This document shows, in pieces, positions 9,127 to 18,484 of a stretch of 64,000 bases of DNA; position 1 is the first letter of the stretch; every line of letters begins with the position of its first letter. This stretch comes from an uncultured Collinsella sp. (GTDB lineage Bacteria > Actinomycetota > Coriobacteriia > Coriobacteriales > Coriobacteriaceae): NCBI GenBank assembly GCA_937923795.1, contig CALDWI010000002.1:11406-75405 (forward strand), read 5' to 3'. The notes beneath the pieces were generated by a model. That model was not told the origin of the DNA, ran no database searches, and saw only the letters and a program-made list of their open reading frames with translations. Made by a program: the position numbers and the translations under genes.

Positions 9127-10470
9127 ATGTTCGACAAAGTGCTCATCGCCAACCGCGGAGAAGTCGCGGTGCGTGTTATCCGCGCGTGCCGTGATATGGG
9201 CATCAAGACCGTCGCCGTCTATTCCACGGCCGATGCGGACGCGCTGCACGTTCAGCTTGCCGACGAGGCATATTGCATCGGTGGCCCGCGTCTTGCCGAG
9301 AGCTACCTCAACGACGATGCCGTGCTCACCTGTGCCGTAAAGTCGGGAGCTAAGGCAATTCATCCCGGCTATGGCTTTTTCTCCGAGAAGGCGAGCTTCG
9401 TACGCGACTGCGACAAGTATGGCCTGGCGTTTGTCGGTCCTTCGGCCGAGGTGATCGACAGCATGGGCGACAAGGACGCCGCGCGTCGAACGGCTGCCGC
9501 GGCGGGCGTGCCCATCGTGCCGGGCTGCGATTTGCTCAAAAGCCCCGAGGAGGCAACGGCCGAGGCCGAGCGCATTGGCTGCCCCGTGCTCATCAAGGCG
9601 CGTGCGGGCGGCGGCGGTCGCGGTATTCGTAAGGTCGAGCGCGTGGAAGATGCGGCAAAGGCCTTTATTGAAGCACGCGCCGAGGGCGAGGCCGTTTTTG
9701 GCGACGGCGAGTGCTACATGGAGAAGTTCGTCGCGCCGGCGCATCACGTTGAGGTACAGATTATGGCCGATAAGCAGGGCCATGTGTTTTCGCTCGGCGA
9801 GCGCGAGTGCTCGGTGCAGCGCCGCAACCAAAAGCTGATCGAGGAGAGCCCCGCGCCGTGCCTCGACGGACACGACGACATTCGTGCCCGTATGCACAAG
9901 GCCGCGCGCGACCTGGCTCGTGCCGTCGGCTACGAAGGAGCCGGTACCATCGAGTTCCTGTATTCGGACGACGGCAATTTCTACTTTATGGAAATGAACA
10001 CGCGCTTGCAGGTGGAGCATCCGGTTACGGAGTTTGTGACCGATACCGACTTGGTCAAGTGGCAGCTGCGTGTGGCGGCCGGCCAGCCTTTGCCTTTTGA
10101 GCAGGAGGACATGCCGGTCCGCAACCACGCCATGGAGTGCCGCATCAATGCCGAAACGCCGGACTTTCTGCCGTCATGCGGAACAGTCACCGCATTGCGC
10201 GTGCCGGGTGGTCCGCGCGTGCGCTGGGATTCCGCCATGTTTGCCGGTGCGAACGTTCCGCCGTACTACGACTCCATGCTCGGCAAGCTCATCGTGTGTG
10301 CGCCCACGCGTGACGGCGCCATTCGCAAGATGCGCTCGGCCCTGGGCGAGCTCGTGATTGAGGGCGTGAGCGAAAACAGCGAACTGCAGCTCGACGTGCT
10401 GGCAAACGATGAGTTCTTGTCGGGCATGTACCACACCGATCTGATGGGGCATCTCTATGCTGGTGAATAG
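9127..10470 (+). CDS. accC: Biotin carboxylase subunit of acetyl-CoA carboxylase
   Basis: MFDKVLIANRGEVAVRVIRA...ATP-grasp...EMNTRLQVEHPVTE. The start was moved from the ORF-track 8908 to the ATG at 9127. Confidence 0.95.
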   Translation: MFDKVLIANRGEVAVRVIRACRDMGIKTVAVYSTADADALHVQLADEAYCIGGPRLAESYLNDDAVLTCAVKSGAKAIHPGYGFFSEKASFVRDCDKYGLAFVGPSAEVIDSMGDKDAARRTAAAAGVPIVPGCDLLKSPEEATAEAERIGCPVLIKARAGGGGRGIRKVERVEDAAKAFIEARAEGEAVFGDGECYMEKFVAPAHHVEVQIMADKQGHVFSLGERECSVQRRNQKLIEESPAPCLDGHDDIRARMHKAARDLARAVGYEGAGTIEFLYSDDGNFYFMEMNTRLQVEHPVTEFVTDTDLVKWQLRVAAGQPLPFEQEDMPVRNHAMECRINAETPDFLPSCGTVTALRVPGGPRVRWDSAMFAGANVPPYYDSMLGKLIVCAPTRDGAIRKMRSALGELVIEGVSENSELQLDVLANDEFLSGMYHTDLMGHLYAGE

Positions 10471-12181
10471 AAAAGCGAAGACGGTCAACGTCCTCGAGGG
10501 ACCAATAACCGAGTCGTGCGCCGAGTTTCCCGCGCGCCACGTGTTTATCAAGTGCCCGGAGTGCCGCCGTGTGATCGATGAGGCGCGCCTGCACGACAAC
10601 CTCGAGGTCTGCCCTCGTTGCGGCAAACACTTTCGCGTGAGCGGTCGCGCGCGCATGCGCATGACGGTCGACGAGGACACGTTTGAGGAATGGGATGCCA
10701 ATCTGGCGCCGGAGGACTTCCTTTCGTTTTCCGGCTATGCCGACAAGCTCAAGAGCGCGCTCGAGCGTTCGGGCGAGCGCGATGCCGTTGTGTGCGGCAG
10801 GGGCAAAATCTGCGGTTGCGATACGGCACTCTTCTTTATGGACGCCAACTTTATGATGGGCTCGATGGGCTCCGTGGTGGGCGAGAAGATCTGTCGCGCA
10901 TTTGAGCGTGCGACCGAGCTGGGATTGCCAGTTGTCGGCTTTACCGTTTCGGGCGGTGCACGCATGCAAGAGGGCGTGACATCGCTTATGCAGATGGCCA
11001 AGATTTCCGCGGCGGTTAGGCGCCACAGCGAGGCGGGCGGCCTGTATATCACGGTACTCACCGACCCCACGACCGGAGGCGTAACCGCGAGCTTTGCCAT
11101 GGAGGGCGACATTATCCTGGCCGAGCCCGATGCCCTGACGGCATTTGCCGGCCCGCGCGTGATCGAGCAGAACATGCACAAGCGCCTGCCCAAGGGATTC
11201 CAGCGTTCCGAGTTTTTGCTGGAGCACGGCTTTTGCGATGCCGTTGTTCCGCGTGGCGAGATTGCGCTCACGGTAGGCGAGCTGCTGGCGCTGCACGAAG
11301 GGCACGCGCCCGGCCTGGGGGCACCGCATGAGATCGTGCATACGGGTCGCCGCGGCAAAAAGCTGGGACACTTGTTCAAGCGCTCGGCCGCACCAAAAAC
11401 CGCGCTCGAGATTGTCAAGCAGACCCGCTCGGCAGATCGCGCCACGGCAGGCGAGATGATCTCGCTGGGCCTGGATGGATTTGTGGAGCTGCACGGCGAC
11501 CGCTACTTTGGCGACGACGCCGCTGTGGTGGCTGGCATTGGCTGGAAAGATGGACGCCCCGTAACGGTCATCGCCATCGAGCGCGGCACCACGACCAAAG
11601 AGCGTATGCGCCGCAACTTTGGTATGGCACATCCCGAGGGCTATCGCAAAGCGCGTCGTCTGATGCGCCAGGCCGAAAAGTTTGGTCGACCGGTTCTGTG
11701 CCTGGTCGATACTTCGGGCGCGTTTTGCGGCATCGGTGCCGAGGAGCGCGGCCAGGGCGAGGCGATTGCCCAGAATCTCATGGAGATGAGCGGCCTTAAG
11801 ACGCCGATTGTCTCGGTGGTGACAGGCGAGGGCGGCTCTGGTGGCGCGCTGGCGCTATCCGTGGCCGACCGCATCCTGATGCTCTCGAGCTCGGCCTATT
11901 CGGTCGTGAGCCCCGAGGCCTGTGCGTCGATCCTGTGGAAGGATACCGACCGCGCGAATGAGGCTGCCGAGGCGCTGAAGCTCACGGCTCCCGATCTGTT
12001 GGCGCTCGGCATCATCGACGGCATTGTTGACGATAGGGGCCTGTCGCATGAGGAGATCGCCGGTGCCGTCATGTCCTCGGCATTTGATGCCTTCGATACG
12101 CTTGGGCAGCTCGACGAGGCGACCCTCACAAACCTCCGCTACGAAAAGTACCGCGCAATCGGTCAGTACCGCACGATGTGA
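10457..12181 (+). CDS. accDA: Acetyl-CoA carboxylase carboxyltransferase, fused beta (AccD) and alpha (AccA) subunits
   Basis: N-terminal Cys4 zinc ribbon CPECRRV...CPRCGKH typical of AccD. C-terminal half has AccA-like GEGGSGGALA. Single 574-aa frame. Confidence 0.85.
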   Translation: MLVNRKAKTVNVLEGPITESCAEFPARHVFIKCPECRRVIDEARLHDNLEVCPRCGKHFRVSGRARMRMTVDEDTFEEWDANLAPEDFLSFSGYADKLKSALERSGERDAVVCGRGKICGCDTALFFMDANFMMGSMGSVVGEKICRAFERATELGLPVVGFTVSGGARMQEGVTSLMQMAKISAAVRRHSEAGGLYITVLTDPTTGGVTASFAMEGDIILAEPDALTAFAGPRVIEQNMHKRLPKGFQRSEFLLEHGFCDAVVPRGEIALTVGELLALHEGHAPGLGAPHEIVHTGRRGKKLGHLFKRSAAPKTALEIVKQTRSADRATAGEMISLGLDGFVELHGDRYFGDDAAVVAGIGWKDGRPVTVIAIERGTTTKERMRRNFGMAHPEGYRKARRLMRQAEKFGRPVLCLVDTSGAFCGIGAEERGQGEAIAQNLMEMSGLKTPIVSVVTGEGGSGGALALSVADRILMLSSSAYSVVSPEACASILWKDTDRANEAAEALKLTAPDLLALGIIDGIVDDRGLSHEEIAGAVMSSAFDAFDTLGQLDEATLTNLRYEKYRAIGQYRTM

Positions 12182-12197
12182 CAAAGGGGCAGCCCGC

Positions 12198-13436
12198 ATG
12201 TCACATTGGGAAAGGCGTTCCATGTCACAAGTTTCTAACACCACGTTTGCAACGACGGTTTCATCAAACGCCATGGCCGTGGTGGACTATCTGTCCAAAA
12301 GCATGATGTCGGCGTTGCCGTTTATTGTCTGCGCGGCGTTGTTCCGCACCGTCGCCGTCATTATGGGCGAAGGCATGCTGGGCCTGTGGTCTGCCGATTC
12401 CGAAATCTATCGCCTGTTCTACAGTTGGCTCTATAACGCCGGCTACTACTTTTTGCCCATCTATCTTGGTTGGGCGGCCGCCCGCCAGCTCGGTTGCTCG
12501 GAGCAGCTGGGTATGATGCTGGGCGGCGTATTGATTGCGCCCGATCTGCTCAAGCTCGTCGATGCCGCATCGACGACGGGGGCATCGATGGCTTCCGTGT
12601 ATGGTCTGCTTCCCGCGCCGGTCAACGATTACACGACGACTGTTATTCCGGTTCTCATCTCGGTGCCCGTGCTATGGCGAGTGGAGTGTTTCTTTAAGCG
12701 CGTTATCCCTAAGGCCGTGGCGTTTTCGTTCGTTCCGTTTGCAACCATGCTTGTCATGGTTCCGGTTTCGCTGTGCATTACGGCGCCGGCGGGCAGCTAT
12801 CTGGGCATGCTGTTGGGCCAGCTTATGTTTATGCTTGGCAATTCCGGTGGCATCGTGTCGCTGCTCACGCTCATGGGGCTTGCCGCGGGCTGGGAGTTCC
12901 TAAAGATCGCCGGCGTCAGCAACGTTGTCCTATCGCTCGCCTATGCGCAGTTTATGAGTGTGGGAACGGATTCGTGCATCCTGATCGCCGCGACGATGGC
13001 AACGTTCGCCGTTTGGGGCATGCCCTTTGGCGCGTCGCTTCGCGTTGCGGATAAGGACGAGAAGGCGCTCATGCTGGGCTATTCAATCTCGGGTGTTCTT
13101 GGCGGCGTAAGCGAGCCGGCGCTGTACGGTTGCGGCTTTAAATATGGCAGGTGCCTGACGTGCATGGCCATTGGCGGCGCCGTCGGAGGCCTTGTTGCGG
13201 CCGTGGGCCACGTTACGGCCTATACCATCGGCATGACGAATGTCCTCATGGTCATTGGCTTTGCCACGGGCGGCATCTCGAACCTGCTGTGGTGCTGCGC
13301 TGCCGGCGGTGTGGCATTTGCGGTGTCTGCGGCGCTGAGCTACTGCTTTGGCGTGGTGCCGGCGAAGGGACAGACGATGGGGGACGGAGCCGATTCACCC
13401 GAAACCTCGAAGAGCGTGGCCGAAGTAAGCGCGTAA
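12198..13436 (+). CDS. PTS EIIC-domain membrane protein (glucose/beta-glucoside family), with no EIIB/EIIA domains
   Basis: About 10 predicted hydrophobic helices and a GGVSEPALYG motif resembling the GITEPxxFG signature of EIIC. The start is uncertain (12198 or 12222). The ORF-track N-terminus overlaps accDA and is unlikely to be real. Confidence 0.6.
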   Translation: MSHWERRSMSQVSNTTFATTVSSNAMAVVDYLSKSMMSALPFIVCAALFRTVAVIMGEGMLGLWSADSEIYRLFYSWLYNAGYYFLPIYLGWAAARQLGCSEQLGMMLGGVLIAPDLLKLVDAASTTGASMASVYGLLPAPVNDYTTTVIPVLISVPVLWRVECFFKRVIPKAVAFSFVPFATMLVMVPVSLCITAPAGSYLGMLLGQLMFMLGNSGGIVSLLTLMGLAAGWEFLKIAGVSNVVLSLAYAQFMSVGTDSCILIAATMATFAVWGMPFGASLRVADKDEKALMLGYSISGVLGGVSEPALYGCGFKYGRCLTCMAIGGAVGGLVAAVGHVTAYTIGMTNVLMVIGFATGGISNLLWCCAAGGVAFAVSAALSYCFGVVPAKGQTMGDGADSPETSKSVAEVSA

Positions 13437-13474
13437 ACCTGTGCGACACAAGGACGATTCCTTTGCCATGCTCC

Positions 13475-13508
13475 AAGGCCGTGGCCCGTGTGGGTCGCGG
13501 CCTTTTTG
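13475..13508 (+). terminator. Probable intrinsic terminator after the EIIC gene
   Basis: aaggccg...cggcctt stem followed by tttttg. Confidence 0.5.
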
Positions 13509-13586
13509 TATCTGGGGGACAAAGTGGCTACACTACAATCCGTTTGAGCAATAGATATATAGGTAGTACCGTGGGGGCGGATGTAG

Positions 13587-14741
13587 ATGGTCGAGTGGAT
13601 TGTTAAGCGTGCGCAGGGCGACCGTGCGCGCGTGGGCACGTTGACGGGCGTGGTGTGTATTCTCGCCAATGTGGCACTATGCGCTGCGAAGGGCGTAATT
13701 GGCGTGCTGTCGGGATCGGTTTCGATTGTGGCGGATGCCATGAACAACCTGTCCGATGCAAGCTCGAATATCGTGAGCGTGCTGGGCTTTAAGCTGGCGA
13801 GCAAGCCGGCCGACCCCGAGCATCCTTACGGCCACGGTCGCTACGAGTATCTCTCGGGTTTGGTCGTGGCGGCGCTCGTGCTGCTTATTGGCATCGAACT
13901 GGTGAAGTCCTCGGTGGAGCGTATTGTCAACCCGGAGCCTGTCGAATTCTCGTTTGCCCTGGTGGCAGTCCTGGCACTTTCGATGGTTGTAAAGCTGTGG
14001 ATGGCGGCCCTCAACCAAAAGCTCGGCGATCGCATTGAGTCCGAGACGCTGCATGCGACCGCGCAGGATTCCAAGAACGATGTCCTTGCCACAGGCGCCG
14101 TGTTGGCGTGCGCAATTGTTTCGCAGGTGACGCACATCAATCTTGACGCATGGGTCGGCCTTGCCGTTGGCGCCTATATTGGCTGGAGCGGTTTTGAGCT
14201 CATCCAGGATACGGTGAGCCCGCTTTTGGGCCAGTCGCCCGATCCTAAGCTGGTCAAGCACATTCGAGACAAGATCATGAGCTATCCCGGCGTTTTGGGC
14301 GTTCACGATTTGATGGTTCACGACTACGGCCCGGGCAGGAAGTTTGCAAGTGCGCATGCCGAGATGGCGGCCGAGGACAGCCCGTTGGAAAGTCACGACA
14401 CGCTCGATAACATCGAGCAGTCGTTTAGGGACGAAGACGGCATGATCGTTACGCTTCACTACGATCCCATCGTGACCGACGATCCAAAGGTGGCGAGCAT
14501 GCGCTTGCGCATTCACGCCATGGCCCAGGAGATCGATAGCCGCCTCTCGATTCATGACCTGCGCTGCGTGCCGGGTCCTACGCACACCAACGTGATCTTT
14601 GACTGCGTGCGTCCCTCGGATCTGCAGATGAGTGCCGAAGACTTAAAGCACGCGCTGGCACAACGGGTCGAATCGGAATATCCCAAGTCGATTGCCAAGA
14701 TTACGATCGACGAAGACTACGTAGGGCATACCCACGAGTAA
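13587..14741 (+). CDS. Cation diffusion facilitator (CDF) family metal efflux transporter
   Basis: ADAMNNLSDA...DPEHPYGHGRYEYL motifs, six N-terminal TM segments and a C-terminal cytoplasmic domain. Confidence 0.85.
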   Translation: MVEWIVKRAQGDRARVGTLTGVVCILANVALCAAKGVIGVLSGSVSIVADAMNNLSDASSNIVSVLGFKLASKPADPEHPYGHGRYEYLSGLVVAALVLLIGIELVKSSVERIVNPEPVEFSFALVAVLALSMVVKLWMAALNQKLGDRIESETLHATAQDSKNDVLATGAVLACAIVSQVTHINLDAWVGLAVGAYIGWSGFELIQDTVSPLLGQSPDPKLVKHIRDKIMSYPGVLGVHDLMVHDYGPGRKFASAHAEMAAEDSPLESHDTLDNIEQSFRDEDGMIVTLHYDPIVTDDPKVASMRLRIHAMAQEIDSRLSIHDLRCVPGPTHTNVIFDCVRPSDLQMSAEDLKHALAQRVESEYPKSIAKITIDEDYVGHTHE

Positions 14742-14780
14742 GGCTGTGCCGGCAAAGCAAGTTATACAGAAGGGGAGAGC

Positions 14781-15401
14781 ATGAAGCGTCTATATCTACT
14801 CCGCCACGGCCAGACAGAATTCAACGTTAAAAAGCTCGTCCAGGGTCGCTGTGATTCACCGCTCACCGATTTGGGCCGTCAGCAAGCCGGGATGGCAGCC
14901 GCATGGCTCAAAGCCCACGGCGTCGTTCCCGACAAAGTGGTCTCTTCGCCCTTAGGCCGAGCCATGGACACTGCTCAGCTCGTCGCTACCGAACTCCTCG
15001 GCCCGGACGCAGCAGTCGAGCCCTGCGAAGGCATCATCGAGCGCTGCTACGGCACCTTCGAAGAAGGCCCCCACGACGCCCTGCCCACCGACGTTTGGGA
15101 TCCGGGCGAGGACCTGGTCCCCTTCGGAGGAGAAGGAAGCCGCGCACTGCAAGAACGCATGGTAGGCGCCCTCACCAATCTCATGGGCTCCGAGGGCATC
15201 GAAACCCTCCTAGCAGTAAGCCACGGCAGCGCCAGCCGCCAATTTATCAAGGCCGCAGCCCCAGAGGGCTTTGAGCTCCCAACAAAACTCCCCAACTGCG
15301 CCATCATGATCTTCGGTTTTGACGATGCGCGAGAAGAGGACGATACGCCCCAATGCAAGTTCACCTTGCAACAAATTGTGGACCCTCAACAAAGTCATTA
15401 G
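14781..15401 (+). CDS. Histidine phosphatase (phosphoglycerate mutase-like) family protein
   Basis: LLRHGQTEFN catalytic RHG motif, and SHG near the C-terminus. Confidence 0.85.
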   Translation: MKRLYLLRHGQTEFNVKKLVQGRCDSPLTDLGRQQAGMAAAWLKAHGVVPDKVVSSPLGRAMDTAQLVATELLGPDAAVEPCEGIIERCYGTFEEGPHDALPTDVWDPGEDLVPFGGEGSRALQERMVGALTNLMGSEGIETLLAVSHGSASRQFIKAAAPEGFELPTKLPNCAIMIFGFDDAREEDDTPQCKFTLQQIVDPQQSH

Positions 15402-15437
15402 CCTGAGCGAGCAGAGTTAAGCAGACATCAACGTGGC

Positions 15438-15600
15438 GTTCCCAGTGTGCGGCGGAGGGGGCGGGCCTGAGACATATTAAGGTTGTCGCGAGTTCCGCAC
15501 GAACAGGAGAGCACTTAATGTGCTCTCCGTCGTGAGCAGGACTGTAGAGCAGCAACCTTAATATGTCTCAGGCCCGCCCCCTCCGCCGCACACTGGGAAC
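15438..15600. repeat. Perfect 48-bp inverted repeat (arms 15438-15485 and 15553-15600) enclosing a second hairpin (15506-15528)
   Basis: The arms were read directly and are exact reverse complements (48/48). The 67-nt spacer contains ggagagcac-ttaat-gtgctctcc. Confidence 0.9.
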
Positions 15601-15860
15601 GTGCCACGCACTTTACCTGCGTAAACAATGTGAGTGAAATATGAATCTCGATGGATACGCCCGCAGCCGTGTATACTAAACAGCTGTGTGTAACCAGGGG
15701 AGTATTCTGGCTGGACAAAATGCCTGCTTAATAGGGTTGTCAGGTAGTCCGGGCGAAATACAAGGCTGGGGAGCACGTCGTGTAAGTAGTGGTCCTCTAG
15801 GGGCGTACGCTCGGTGGTGTACGCATTGTCCCAAGACCACGCGAGAGTTGGGATCATATC

Positions 15861-16481
15861 TTGATCAGCATGATTCTCGGCCGCAAGATTGGCATGACCC
15901 AGGTTTGGGACGAGGACGACAACGTCGTTCCCGTCACGGTCATCCAGGCTGGCCCCTGCGCTGTCTCGCAGGTTAAAACTCAGGCAACCGACGGCTATGA
16001 TGCCGTCCAGATCGGTTTCGGCGACATCAAGGCCAAGAACGTGAACAAGCCCATGGCTGGTCACTTCGCCAAGGCTGGCGTCGAGCCTGTCCGCTTCCTT
16101 CGTGAGGTCCGCGTCGAGAACGGCGAGGAGCACAAGGTCGGCGAGGTCGTCACCGTCGCTGATTTCGCTGATGTCGAGAAGGTCGACGTCATCGGTACCT
16201 CCAAGGGTAAGGGCTTCCAGGGTCGCATCAAGCGCTGGGGTCAGCGCCGCGGTCCTATGACGCATGGTTCTCACTTCCAGCGTCACCCCGGTTCTATCGG
16301 TCAGTGCGCCTATCCTGCGCGCGTCCTCAAGGGCGTCAAGATGGCCGGTCACATGGGTAACGAGCGCGTTACCGTCAAGAACCTTTCCGTTGTCCGCATC
16401 GATGCCGAGCAGAACCTCATCTTGGTCAAGGGCGCTGTCCCGGGTGCCAAGAATGGTCTCGTCGCCATCCGTATGGCCTAA
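15861..16481 (+). CDS. rplC: 50S ribosomal protein L3 (uL3)
   Basis: [14 protein letters not shown]...VTVIQAGPC...KGKGFQG. Start is either TTG 15861 or ATG 15870. Confidence 0.95.
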   Translation: MISMILGRKIGMTQVWDEDDNVVPVTVIQAGPCAVSQVKTQATDGYDAVQIGFGDIKAKNVNKPMAGHFAKAGVEPVRFLREVRVENGEEHKVGEVVTVADFADVEKVDVIGTSKGKGFQGRIKRWGQRRGPMTHGSHFQRHPGSIGQCAYPARVLKGVKMAGHMGNERVTVKNLSVVRIDAEQNLILVKGAVPGAKNGLVAIRMA

Positions 16482-16527
16482 GGGCCCAGCCCATTTAGCC
16501 CAGCGTCATACCAAGGAGAACACTTAA

Positions 16528-17154
16528 ATGGCAAAGTTTGAAGTAAAGAACAGCGAGGGCAAGAAGGTCGCCGAGGCCGAGCTCGCCGCTGAGGTGTACG
16601 GCATCGAGCCGAACATCCACGTTATGCACCACATCGTCAAGTGCCAGATGGCCTCTTGGCGTCAGGGCACCCAGTCCGCTAAGGGCCGCTCTGAGGTTTC
16701 CGGTGGCGGCAAGAAGCCTTGGCGTCAGAAGGGCACCGGCCGTGCCCGCCAGGGTTCCATCCGTGCTGCCCAATGGCGTCACGGTGGCGTCGTCTTCGCC
16801 CCCAAGCCCCGTTCCTACGCTAAGCGTATGAACAACAAGGAGGTCAAGCTGGCTATGCGCTCCGCGCTGTCCGCCAAGCTGGCCGATGGCGAGCTCGTGC
16901 TCGTCGACGACTACGGCTTCGAGAAGCCTTCCACCAAGGCTGCCGTCGCCATGCTCAAGGCTCTCGGCCTTGAGGGCAAGCGTCTGACCATCATCGTTCG
17001 CGATGAGGACGTCAACGCCTACCTGTCGTTCCGCAACATTCCCAAGACGTTCATCATCACCGCTGACGAGGCCAACACCTACGATCTCGTCAACAACAAC
17101 GCCGTGCTGATGCCCGCCGACATCGCCGCTCACTTCGGGGAGGTGCTTGCATAA
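16528..17154 (+). CDS. rplD: 50S ribosomal protein L4 (uL4)
   Basis: GGGKKPWRQKGTGRARQGS motif and operon position. Confidence 0.95.
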   Translation: MAKFEVKNSEGKKVAEAELAAEVYGIEPNIHVMHHIVKCQMASWRQGTQSAKGRSEVSGGGKKPWRQKGTGRARQGSIRAAQWRHGGVVFAPKPRSYAKRMNNKEVKLAMRSALSAKLADGELVLVDDYGFEKPSTKAAVAMLKALGLEGKRLTIIVRDEDVNAYLSFRNIPKTFIITADEANTYDLVNNNAVLMPADIAAHFGEVLA

Positions 17155-17442
17155 ATGACCGCCCACGAGATCATCATCCGTCCGATCGTGTCCGAGCGTT
17201 CCTTCTCCGGCATGGAGCTGAACAAGTACACGTTCGAGGTCGCCAAGGATGCTAACAAGTATCAGATCAAGGACGCTGTCGAGGAGATCTTTGGCGTCAA
17301 GGTCGTTCGCGTGAACACCCTGACGGTCAAGCCCAAGACCAAGCGCGTGCGCTATGTCGCCGGCAAGACCCGTTCTTGGAAGAAGGCCATCGTCACGCTG
17401 GCCGAGGGCGACACCATCGAGGTCTTTGGTAACCAGGCCTAA
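17155..17442 (+). CDS. rplW: 50S ribosomal protein L23 (uL23)
   Basis: IIRPIVSERS...YTFEVAKDANKYQIKDAVEEIFGVKV. Confidence 0.95.
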   Translation: MTAHEIIIRPIVSERSFSGMELNKYTFEVAKDANKYQIKDAVEEIFGVKVVRVNTLTVKPKTKRVRYVAGKTRSWKKAIVTLAEGDTIEVFGNQA

Positions 17443-17460
17443 GACTCGCTGCTGTTGAGT

Positions 17461-17506
17461 GAGCTCATGCCTCCCAAATAGGGGAGGCGGGAGCTCAAGG
17501 TTTTGG
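17461..17506 (+). promoter_or_regulatory. Hairpin in the unusually long (179 nt) rplW-rplB spacer; possible attenuator or internal terminator
   Basis: gagctc..gcctccc-aaatag-gggaggc..gagctc nested stem, with gttttg 10 nt downstream. Confidence 0.35.
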
Positions 17507-17621
17507 GCGTATAAAATGGACACGCCCGGAACCGTGTATACGTCCGGTGTCATCGCACCCGAGGCAGAACCTCGAATCCCTGTCTGCGATGGCTAACGGA
17601 TTCCTATTGAAAGGGATTGTA

Positions 17622-18452
17622 ATGGCTGTAAAGCACCTTAAGCCGACCTCCGCTGGTAGGCGTTGGCAGACGATCTCCGACTTCTCCGAGATTACCTGCA
17701 CCAAGCCCGAGAAGTCTCTTCTCGAGCCCCTGCCCAAGAAGGCCGGTCGTAACAACAACGGCCGCATCACCACCCGCCACCAGGGCGGCGGCGTGAAGCG
17801 TCGTTACCGCGTGATCGACTTCAAGCGCAACAAGGATGGCGTGCCCGCCAAGGTTGCCACGATCGAGTACGATCCGAACCGTTCCGCTCGCATCGCTCTG
17901 CTGCACTACGCTGACGGTGAGAAGCGCTACATCCTGGCTCCCAAGGGCCTCGAGGTCGGTCAGACCATCATGTCCGGTTCTGACGCCGACATCAAGCCGG
18001 GCAACGCTCTGCCCCTCGCCGACATCCCCGTCGGTACGCTCATCCACGCCGTCGAGTTCCAGCCGGGCAAGGGCGCTGCTATCGCCCGTTCCGCCGGTAA
18101 CTCCTGCCAGCTGATGGGTAAGGAGGGCAAGTACGCCATCGTCCGTATGCCTTCCTCCGAGATGCGCCGCATCCTCGTTACCTGCCGCGCCACCGTCGGT
18201 GAGGTCGGCAACGCCGATCACTCCAACATCGTCATTGGCAAGGCCGGCCGTAAGCGTCACATGAACGTGCGCCCGACCGTCCGCGGTACCGTCATGAACC
18301 CTGTCGACCACCCGCACGGCGGTGGCGAGGGCAAGAACCACACCTCTGGTCGTCCCTCCGTTACCCCCTGGGGTAAGCCGACGAAGGGCCTTCGTACGCG
18401 CAAGAAGAAGAAGGTCTCGAACCAGCACATCATTCGTCGCCGTAAGAAGTAA
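17622..18452 (+). CDS. rplB: 50S ribosomal protein L2 (uL2)
   Basis: [14 protein letters not shown]...[12 protein letters not shown]. The ATG at 17622 follows an AAAGGGA RBS; the ORF-track start at 17547 is too early. Confidence 0.95.
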   Translation: MAVKHLKPTSAGRRWQTISDFSEITCTKPEKSLLEPLPKKAGRNNNGRITTRHQGGGVKRRYRVIDFKRNKDGVPAKVATIEYDPNRSARIALLHYADGEKRYILAPKGLEVGQTIMSGSDADIKPGNALPLADIPVGTLIHAVEFQPGKGAAIARSAGNSCQLMGKEGKYAIVRMPSSEMRRILVTCRATVGEVGNADHSNIVIGKAGRKRHMNVRPTVRGTVMNPVDHPHGGGEGKNHTSGRPSVTPWGKPTKGLRTRKKKKVSNQHIIRRRKK

Positions 18453-18484
18453 TTTCGGATACCGAGTTTTAGGAGAAAGCACTT

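Noticed and set aside
6786-9206. 806-aa ORF on the minus strand opposite fabF/accB/fabZ
   Set aside because: It is Arg/Ala/Gly/His-rich and low in complexity. It lies exactly antisense to well-supported genes and has no RBS or recognisable motif. This is the typical stop-codon-poor antisense frame of GC-rich DNA.
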